This document shows, piece by piece, positions 54,657 through 64,000 of a DNA stretch of 64,000 bases; the stretch's first letter is position 1; every line of letters begins with the position of its first letter. Made by a program: the position numbers and the translations under genes. The notes beneath the pieces are model-generated. The model was not told the origin of the DNA and ran no database searches. It saw nothing but the letters and a program-made list of their open reading frames with translations. This DNA is from Guillardia theta CCMP2712 (Eukaryota > Protista > Cryptophyta), in the NCBI RefSeq assembly GCF_000315625.1, contig NW_005434655.1, positions 252,093 to 316,092 on the forward strand, read 5' to 3'.

Positions 54657-57600
54657 ATGGAACCGGTGAGGCAGCGGCGGGGAGCAAGCATGCCGCCGTT
54701 CATGGGAGCCTTTCCCGTCTCTCCCACCCACATGCAGCATGCTCCTCCTTCCCTTCACTACCGCCAGGCGCATCCCGGGGGGCACCGGATGCCAGCCGGG
54801 GCTCAAGTCTTCGGAGGACCGATCCCTGTTACCACCATGCCCATGTATGGGGCGTCTGTAGGAGGTGCTCATAATCAGGCGTCGATGACTCTCGGGCTCC
54901 ATGGCGAGAAAATTCCTTCCCAACAGCATGCACAGATGATGAAACCGATGCTTCCCCAGCAGCCCTTCGGGTTCAACCCCCAGATGAAGCGCCCATCAGG
55001 GGGGCAGCACGCTATCCCAAACTTGGTCAAATCTCCGGGAGGATCGAGTGGGCTGCCTCCAAACATGGATCCGAGCTCTCACCAGACTGCTAGACGCATC
55101 TCAAATCCCAGCATGTCTTCTCCTGGATCTCAAATCCCGATATCAGGCAAGCCGATCATTGCTCAGTCAAGTGAGTATGCTGCAAGTCAAGTCGCGCGGC
55201 CACAGCAGCCCTCGGATGGAGCCATCTACAGCCAACACCTTGAAGCTTCTTCGGAATCGAGGAAACGAAGCCTGTCCGCAAGTCCGATGATGCCGAGGAA
55301 TCAATCGGTGCTGGGCTCGAGCAGCACCCCCGAACCTAGGATGCCGACGAACCCCTATGCTGCATCCAGCCAGGGGAACCCAAGCCTCTCACCCGCATAC
55401 ATGGAGAATTTCCAGGCTAAACCATCCAACGGCACAAGGACAGGTGTTGTTTGATTGCTCGTGTTGGTTGTAGGTCTGATGGGTGGGATCAGAGAACCTC
55501 GAGTGTGGCGTCGGTCTCTACTTCAAGATTGATAGCAAATCCCGATATTATGTAGATTACATCATGCCAGAATCGTCTGCTGCTGCAACAGGGGTCATTC
55601 AACCGGGAGATGTACTTGAGAACGTTGATGGTCACATGGTGAGGCGTGAAGATTCTTATACGCGTTTATGACGCACTCTTGATCCAGGTGGCGGGGAAGT
55701 CTTGGAACGAGTTGAGGAGGATGATCATGGGGGAAAGAGGCTCTTTTGTGAACCTCAGCTTCCTGCGAGAGCTACAGGATGAAGCCTTTCGCTTCGATCT
55801 CGATCTGACGCGGGGAGATCCAACACCTGCTGAGAAGGTGAACAGGCCCAAGGCTCCATCTCCAGAGGTAACCATGACTTGGCCAAATCCCGGATGAAAG
55901 TCGTTAATGTGTGCTGACACTGTGTTCAGGCTCCTGCCATTACAGCTGAGAATATCTCCGAGAGCTCTTATCCACAAGGTGATTGGAGCTTGAATCCATG
56001 CTGAAGACATATCATCGCTGACATGTGTACGACCAGTGGACAAAGAGAAAGAGAACCTCAAGAAGAAGTATCTTGCAGAGCAGCGACTTCACTTCGAAGC
56101 AGAAGAAGAGCTGAAACAGTACAAGGTCCACAGTTTGCTTGTCCTGCGGCTATCACTTGACATGTGGCGCTCAGGAGCAAGTCAGCATGCTTCGAATGAC
56201 CATAGCCGATTTGCAAAATGAGAAGGTGGCCTCTAGCGCAAAACCTACGATAGTTGCTGATCCGTCTACAGATAAATCTAGCGAAAAGTCAAGGGATCGA
56301 AGAAAACGCTCTGGCAGGTGTCCTCTGAGCATAATGTTCGATTTCATCCATTCCAGCACAACTGACTTTGCTCAGCTGGATTTGTCCCAAAGGATGTCCT
56401 GATGGAATTAGAATCTCGACTGCATGCCACGGAAGCGGAGTTGCAGATCATGAAGTCAGAGAGAAACGAATTGAGTGAGTGAATCTCGATTCTCCATACT
56501 TGCAATATTGACAGGGCGCAGTGAACCGTAACATGGACAAAGACTACGTGCCAAAGGAGCAGGTATGGTTCACAAGTGTTTGCCAGTGACTCTAATGTGC
56601 GACTTGGAACACTCAGTTTGAAGCTGCAACATCTCAGATCATGAAACTCGAAGATCAGCTCGAGATTGCGCGGCAGGTGCACCTTCACGTTCGAAGTTGC
56701 TCGAGACTGAAGGAGATTACAGATGCTGTCGTCGCAGGAGGCCACCTCCAATGCAAGTGCGTGCTTATTGACTGTGACATGGTTTCATCTTTCTCATGAT
56801 GTATTCGAACAGGGTCTACTGAGCACTCTCACATTGAGAAGTTGTGCTCGATCGTGTTACCAACAGCGATCACAGCTCTGAACGAGTGAGAACCACCTGT
56901 CGCATCTCATGTGCTCACCTTGTCCATTGAACAGTCTGAGCGATCAGAACGGACATTCTTCTTCCGCTCTCTGGACGCTGATTCGCATCGAGGGCTACAT
57001 CGCATCTCTCGCCTCCCGCATCGTTCAGTTCGACATCCAAAAGATGGCACTTGTTCTCCTGCAGCCCGAAAACGCAAGAGACCTCCATGAGTCTGCTCTG
57101 TCCATCGCCGTCCTGTCGTGGAATTCAAGTGGGAGGCAGATGCTGCTGGAAAACAGGTGGGCTCGTCTTACCCTGAGTGTAGCTCCTGACAGTCTTGTCC
57201 CAGCATGATCGTCCCTGCGTTGATGAGTCTCTTGCTCGACGAAGCGGAGCAGAGCTCTAACCAGACCGGGGAGGAGAGAATGCTCTGCGGGAGATACGCG
57301 TCCATGGCCATCGCAAACTTCTGCTTGGAGGAGAAAGGTGAGGGATGTAGCAACTGCATCCTTCTCTCACACGATTTGCGCTCAGGGAGAATTCTGATCT
57401 CGAGGGAGCCCATGGTGATCCGCACGCCGGAGCTGCGACTGACGATGTGACTCCCCCATCCTCCCCAGGCCATCCAGCGGCTCTTCGTCACCTTGAATGG
57501 GAGGGATCCTGACTCTGCCATCTTCGCCCTGCTGGGAATCGGCAACCTGTTCATGGTCCCGGACGTCAGGAAGCAGTACCTGCTCATCAGGCATGCTCCT

Positions 57601-58166
57601 CCCTCCTCCTTGCTGTTCCTCCCAGTGACCTCTTCCTCTGCCGCAGGGACTCCCTCGTTCCCATCCAGGAAGCCCTCGGTGCGGAGGATCCCATCATCAC
57701 GAGATTCGCTGTCGGGGCCGTTCGCAACTTTGCGACGGACGAGGAATGCAGGGAAGCCATCATGAAGCTGCCAGGGCTCCTTGAGATCCTGCAGGTCCCT
57801 TGACCCTCCTCTCCGTTGTCCTCGACACGGTCTGAGTCCTTCCCCTCTCAGAGCCTTGCTAAGAGCAACCAACCCCGCATTCGCGAGCATGCCGAAGCTG
57901 CCCTGAGCAATCTCGGGGTCTCGGGCTTCCTTCGGACTTCGAGGAGCTCCCAAGACGACTTCATGTGCTGCTTGCTCTGCTGCGTTGCCTGTAGGACTGA
58001 CGTGCTGGGGAAGGTTTCCTCAAGTCGACTTGAGTCACTTGTTCGCACATCGCAGGGAGGTATTACATCTCCATCCCATCCTATCCCTCCTATCAATTCA
58101 AACATGTCTGACTTTGTTCGGAACAGGAAAAGAGCTACGTTGAGTACGATCAGCGATCCAAGCTGA
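54657..58166 (+). CDS. PDZ + coiled-coil + ARM-like repeat protein (multi-exon)
   Basis: Pro/Gln/Met-rich N-terminus; PDZ CGVGLYF...PESSAAATGVIQPGDVLENVDG...IMGERGSFVNLSFLR; coiled-coil exons; ARM-like YASMAIANFC, FALLGIGNL, IREHAEAALSNLG. Confidence 0.75.
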
Positions 58167-58675
58167 GTTCAAGACCAGAGAACATCTTTTAGGTTCGCCG
58201 TTGCGATCTGTTGCAGGCCATCATCGACGGTGACAGTAGAAATCTGATGAAACAGAAGCATCATAGCAGTAAAGATACAATGAAAGTCAAGTACAGGCAT
58301 GATCCAACTGAAGAAGAATCGCGAAATGACTTTTCGCGTGTATTTCACGTCCGCCTCAGACTTTATATAATCATTCTTTGGAAGACAGTGAATATTAAAG
58401 GTCAATAATTCTATCTCTCAAATTGGAAACTCCAAGTTTGTTGCTCGATCCGCCCGGTGGAAGGAAGAATCCAACAGGGCGGGGAAGGAGGGAGGGAGGG
58501 AGGGAGGGAAGGGGAGGGGAGGAAGGGAGGGGAGAGGAGGGAGGGAGGGAGGGAGGGAGGGAGGGAGGGAGGGAGGGAGGGAGGGAGGGAGGAGAGAAGA
58601 GAGGAGAACGAGAGGAGGGAAGCTGACATTGTATCACAGAACAAGCGCGGAGGAAGCGGGTAAACATTTGCAATC

Positions 58676-60946
58676 ATGCAAGGTTCTCATGTGATACAAG
58701 CACATGGGATAGTTCCTGTGCAGCTCAGAAACAATGCGCAGTCATTGCGGCAAGGGCATGTCGGCTTGCGGTCTGTTCAGGGCTCTGCAGAAGGACCAAG
58801 CACCAGAAACTTTGAAGCTCTGAACAGGCTATATTCAGGAGGAGCGGCTGGTAAACAGAAAGCTCCTTCTCTTCCCAACGCACTGTTTGTATTCGTGGCG
58901 GTCGTTGGCATCGTTCTTGACTCGCTGCTCCCTCCTTCTGGTCAAACTTCTTTCATGATGCCCCTGGCGCTCCCGAGGAGAAAACCTTTCTTCGACGGCT
59001 GGTTCATCCGGATCACCGACCTTGCCATGAAAACATCTTGTTCTCTCATTGTGGGCTCGATGAGAAGATCAGGTTGAGGGCTTTGGTTGATAGGAAGCCA
59101 ATTTGACCCTTGTCCCGTTCAGGATCCGAGAGCTTCAACGAGCACTACGTGTCAATCTCCTTCAGCTCCCCTCGGTTCGGAAGGAAAGGTGCTGGGGTTT
59201 GCGCAAGTGGCAGGCCCATCTGAGGGCAGGGAGCAGGGCACAAGCCGTACGAGCTTCAGTCCTTTCACCATGTCTCGACACAGGAGGAGGTCTCAATCCT
59301 CTTTGACGAGAGGTGAGATTTGATCAAACTTGAATCCCGGCGAAGTTTAATCTGTTGCTCCCTCGTCCTCTTCATCGCTTCTTTTGTCCTCGTCCTCGTC
59401 TTTGTCCTCGTCCTCGTCCTCCCCAGGAAGATGAGCGGGTTCGAGAACGAGATCGATTGGAGAGCACCGGCAGCAGGTGCCTGGCTCTATGCCTTCTTCT
59501 CTCCTCTCGAAACGGGACTTAGCCTGACCAGGTCGATGCTCCTCCTTCTCATGGGAAAGTAAAGAATGCGGGTCGATGAGATTCCTGGACGGAGGTCAGG
59601 GAGGTTGGGGCAGCGACTTTCATCACGGATGCTGCAGGAGCGCGGGTGGAGGTAGACATGAGGCTGCGCAACGAGGTTCCTGCTCTGCTCCTCTCAGCGA
59701 TGATGTCTCATCGCTCTTGGCAGAGGAACGAGGTCATCGAGCTCAGGGCGAAGCTGCGGCAGCCGAAGCCGTGGGGGTATGCGAGAGTGCGGGGAGAACG
59801 ACTCGAGATCCATTCACGTCCCTCCCTCACGAGCAGGAAGAACGAGGCGGGCCCTGAGGGATGGCTGGGCAGGACGCCTCTGCTGGTAAGACTGACAGTA
59901 GCTAGCTTCCGCTGACCTTGACCTCGCGCCAGCCCTGCCGCTACTTCGTGCAGTCGCTGGGATCCGAGTGCTCGTACACGCTCAGAAGACGATGCGGCGG
60001 GATGGGAAACTCCTCGAGGGTTTATCACCTCGCCGACGTCTGCGTCTCCGGAGGTGGCTTCGCTCACGTGGAGACCAACTACGGCGCCGCGTTCCCCTCC
60101 GGGTGGATCTACCTACAGGAAACCAAGGCACGAAGAGAGGAAAGTGCTGACGGGCCCTCCACAGGTCATCGGGCCTGAGAACCGAGTAGCTCTCCTGGTC
60201 ACTGGCGGGAAGTTCAAGATCGGGGGACTGACTCCTCTCACTTGGATCGTTGCGTTCCGCGTATCGAACACGTCCTTCAACTTCCGCACCACCGACCTCC
60301 ATCAGGTGGGACAATGAATCATGTGATTCCTTTTCTCTCTCCTCTGCTCCGTTGGCGTCTGCTTTTGCTGCCAGCAGCTCTTGTTGAGACTCAGCTCAGG
60401 TGAAAGCGAGGTTTAGCTGCTCCAAGAGGACTTTCTCTCTCGAGGCTTTCAACCCCTTCAGTCCGCTCCTCCTCTCTCGATCGCGTTTTCACCTGACGGC
60501 TCTTTCAGCTGGGGACTTCGTCCAGATTGAGGCAAACGACGCGAACATGAATCAGGACGAGCAGAACGTCTGGGTCCCAACCTTGCAAGGGTTCACCAAC
60601 AAGCCAGGGTAAGGCATTGACGTTGTTGCCTGCGTGCCATCAACTGCTGCAACAGATGCTCCGAGTCCTTCGCCGCCACTGTTCGGGTCCGAGCATGGAA
60701 AGGACGGCACTTGCAACGCAGAAACGAGGACGCTCCTGACTTTGACGAGGTTAGTGAGACCTTTCTTAGCAACTCTTCTTCTTCTTCTTCTTCTTCTTCA
60801 TCATCATCATCATCATCTCCTCCTCCTCCTCCTCCTCCTCCTCCTCCTCCTCCTCCTCCTCCTCCTCCTCTGACTCATCTCAGTCTCTTCGCCTCGCTGC
60901 TTTAGAGTTCGGCGGAGAGTTCCAGCAAGACTCCAGTTCCTCGTAA
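58676..60946 (+). CDS. Tocopherol cyclase (VTE1)-like protein (multi-exon)
   Basis: FFDGWFIRI, YFVQSL, HVETNYGAAFPSGWIYLQ, and terminal ALEFGG. These resemble the tocopherol-cyclase family pattern (FEGWY.., EKNWG.SFP..W.W.Q, LE.GG). Confidence 0.72.
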
Positions 60947-61557
60947 AAGACCAAAAAAACGATTTCATTCTTTTGACAAGGAGTACCCCCCATATCTATT
61001 CGGATATGAGGGGTACAATACCCACCGTCCATTTCCTGTGCTCTTAGACACATTGACCACCCCACGGAATCCCTACTAATTCGGAATTTGTAAAAATACC
61101 GGTCCTTTTGCCTGATCTAGTTGGATACCCCTACCCTTACCCCCTCTCTCCGACACCACCCTCTTCGAATCGGGGAATGCGGTGATGGGAGCCGAACAGA
61201 GCGCACTGGAAGACTGCAGGATCTGCGATCAGCGTCGATCCTTGGGCTCCTCCTCCATCCCCTCCTCCTCCTCCCTCTTCACCTCTTCCTTGAACAACCA
61301 CACCCAACGCAGAAACCCACACTCGTCTCCTCCAACCCAGTCCTCCTCTACATCAGCTGAGGGGCAGTCCTCCGAGGAGCAGAGTTCACTGGTGCACCAT
61401 GGCCTAGGACCGCTTCACCAGGTTTGCCTGAGGGATGGAGACTCAAGCACACGTTGAACGAGGAACTGCAGGCGGCGGCAACGGATGATGACCTACAGAT
61501 CTGTCTTCTCGTGAGTTTACGCGGCGGGGAATTGAAGAGCCAGTGAAAGTTTGACAG

Positions 61558-63725
61558 GTGGAGAAGTTGGGATTTGATGTCAACATCACAGACGATTTCG
61601 GACGAACCCGTTGGTCTCCTCCTTCTCGTGGCAACTTCCTGACGGTGTTGATGTTTCCAGCATTGCATGCTGCGGCCTTCACGGGGAGTTTGCGGGCAGT
61701 GAAATGTTTGGTCAGTTTGCATTGGCGATGTTGTCTTGTACCAGAGGTTTCTCATCCGTTGGTGTGCAGATACGATTAGGAGCCAACCTTGACAGCATGT
61801 CCATCGACGGCAAAACGCCGCTTGTGTGCGCTGCCGAGCAGAGGCATACGCTGGTGTTGAGGTGCTGGTAGCAGGAGGGACGCAGAATCTTGCTGAAGAT
61901 TCTCACAGATATTTGCTTGATGCCCAGAGAGCAGACAGCTCTGGAAGGATCATAACACGTGATGCAGGAGTTGCTGTAACCTTGTCGATCTCAACTTCCT
62001 GCCAGAGCACATGCCATGGAAGATGGAGAATGGGGTTGGCTGGAATGACTTGCGAGAAGAGGTAAGGAAGTAGCTCGCGATGCCTGTGGTGGTCTGATAC
62101 AAGTGAACGAGTGGCTGCTGATGAATGTGTTGGATGTGTTGCAAGCATCAAGTGTCCTCAGATCATTCCATGTGTGTCGTTTGGCTATGAGCTTGTCCTC
62201 AACGATCATGTCAGGAGGCCGAGAGCATCTCCAGCGGAGCTGGGAGGAGTGAGGAGCGGAACGGGCAGAGCGTGAGTATCTGATAAGAAGAGAGCTCTTA
62301 GTAGCGATCCTCCTGAAGCTGGTTGGACCGTCAGATCGCGGACTTCAGCTCGGAGGGCAGCGCGAAAGAGAATGTCGAGTTTTCCCACCGCAACGACGAT
62401 CTCAACAAGGATATCGGCAGCGGTATTATCCACAAGGATACAGTCGAGGGCAGCCTTGATCAGTACGTGTGATTCAGCTTGTTATCTTACAAGCTTACTT
62501 CTCTTCCGCCTCCTCCCTTCCTCGTTCTTCACTCCCTTCTCCTGGTCCTCCCTTTTCTACTCCTCAACCTCCCCCTCAACCTCCTCCTCAACCTCCTCCT
62601 GCTTCTGCTCCATTTTCGTCTCGCTCCTCTTTGAATCCCTCTCTTCCCTTCTGTTGGTATCAGCAGATTACTAGCGAGACATACGAACATGGACTCAGGT
62701 TCCCTTTCACCATCCCCCTCTTCTTCTGATTTGTTTCGATCGCCCCACAGGATCCAGCGTGTGGAAGGTGACGGAGTGGAAGGTGAGTAGCCGAGGAAGG
62801 GTGTGGTTGAGGATGACCATCGGGGCAGGAGGAGAAGAAGGACAAAGAAACGAGAAACAAGACTGAGGAGGAGAAGGAGGGCGATGAGAAGCTCAACAAT
62901 GCCAAGCGATCGTTGGAGTTTGACTCTATAGAGTAAGTCAGCAGCTCCTGACCATTCTCCTCCTTATCCTCCCCTGTCTTCGTCTCTCTCGCTCCATGAA
63001 ATTCAGCCCTTCTCCCTCCCTCCCTCCCTCCCTCCCTCCACACACACACACACACACACACACACAACCAGCTCCCTCACGCTGGATCTCAGGGGCATCT
63101 TCAGCTTGCAGCGCAAACATTCCATCGGGCCCGAGGCACAAACTTGTCGCAAACTCGCGGGCACTGACGGGCAGGCAGGTCGTCGAGGAGCGCCTGCAGC
63201 TCGAACTTACCCCCTCCAATCCTGAGAGCAAGGATTCCTCGCAGGAAGGAACAAAAAGCCCTCCTGCCCAGCAGCAGCCCCAGCCGCAGTCCCAATCCCA
63301 GTCTCCTCCCATTCAGTACCTGGCGTTCGATGCCTTGAGGGATGATGGAGCAGGCGGCAGGAAACCTTCGATCGTCCTGATCAGCGAGACGGTTCTCTGC
63401 TGCTGCTCCACGCCTTCGTCCTCTCCTCACTTGCCACTTTCACGTACCCTCTGCGCTCCTCTTCCTTCCTCCCGCGCATTTCTCCTCCATTCTTTCCTCT
63501 TCCTACTTCACTCCCGGTCCTCCTCATTCTTCTCACTCTCCTCATCCTTCAGGCTCCGAGGCGACTGTCTGCCATCAAGGCAGACCTGCAGTCTCGTGCT
63601 GGTGTGCCCAGCCCCCGCAACGTCCCCAGCGTCAGATCGAGCTGGGGGAGTTCAACTCCGCGGGGTTCAGCCAGCTTTCGCCCCCTTCCCGAGCTGCCCT
63701 CCAGCTCGGAACCCTTGACGCCCAG
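61558..63725 (+). CDS. Ankyrin-repeat protein (boundaries uncertain)
   Basis: Spliced GFDVNITDDFGRT|ALHAAAFTGSLRAVKCL|IRLGANLDSMSIDGKTPLVCAAEQRH (61558-61860). Linking the later low-complexity exons at 62750-63725 to the same gene is tentative. Confidence 0.6.
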
Positions 63726-64000
63726 GTAAGGGAGGATCGTCAGAGGTCAGCTGGACTTGAGCTCGGAGCCAGGGGGCTGTACTCGCAGGGAGGAACACAC
63801 GTGGAGCACCCGATGAAGCGCGAAGAAGACGGAGGACGATCGTACCAGCTGCCGTCCTCTAATGTCGTGCTGCAGGTGCGATGCTGAGGAGGGAGGGAGG
63901 GAGAGGGAAGCGATTGAGGAGTTGGATGGAGGTCCATGGAAAAGGGAGGAAGGGAAGGGGCACGACAAGGGGATGTCCGAGAAAAAGATGACAGGGAGAG

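Overview
Eukaryotic nuclear DNA: gene-dense, GC-rich, with many very short (~44-75 nt) GT-AG introns plus longer introns filled with GAG/CTC/GAT microsatellites, and five 100-N assembly gaps. The style and the bipartite-looking targeting peptides suggest an alga with a secondary plastid, probably a cryptophyte (inference only). Most short ORFs in the track are exon fragments or shadows. Recognisable genes: SF3B3, a divergent LSM14/Scd6 homolog, a PH+EF-hand protein, FAM21/WASHC2, a PDZ-TPR protein, an atypical ARF/ARL GTPase, an EGF+GT23 fucosyltransferase-like protein, an Rdx-fold + YfaP/DUF2135-like repeat protein, a NOG1-like GTPase, a NDUFAF7/DUF185-family methyltransferase, a WW-domain protein, a RAP-domain protein, a PDZ/ARM protein, a tocopherol-cyclase-like protein and an ankyrin protein. 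The standout is an intronless 1546-aa ORF (48339-52979) that reads as a membrane receptor fused to a caspase-like protease: signal peptide, Cys-rich/WSC-like ectodomain, about 5 TM helices, four He_PIG Ig-like repeats with an inserted ZZ-like zinc finger, and a C-terminal CHAT domain with an intact His/Cys dyad. It is bracketed by two inverted copies (42/46 identical) of a non-coding motif that also recurs at other GC-rich, palindrome-rich intergenic cores. All domain calls are by-eye motif recognition, not database searches.
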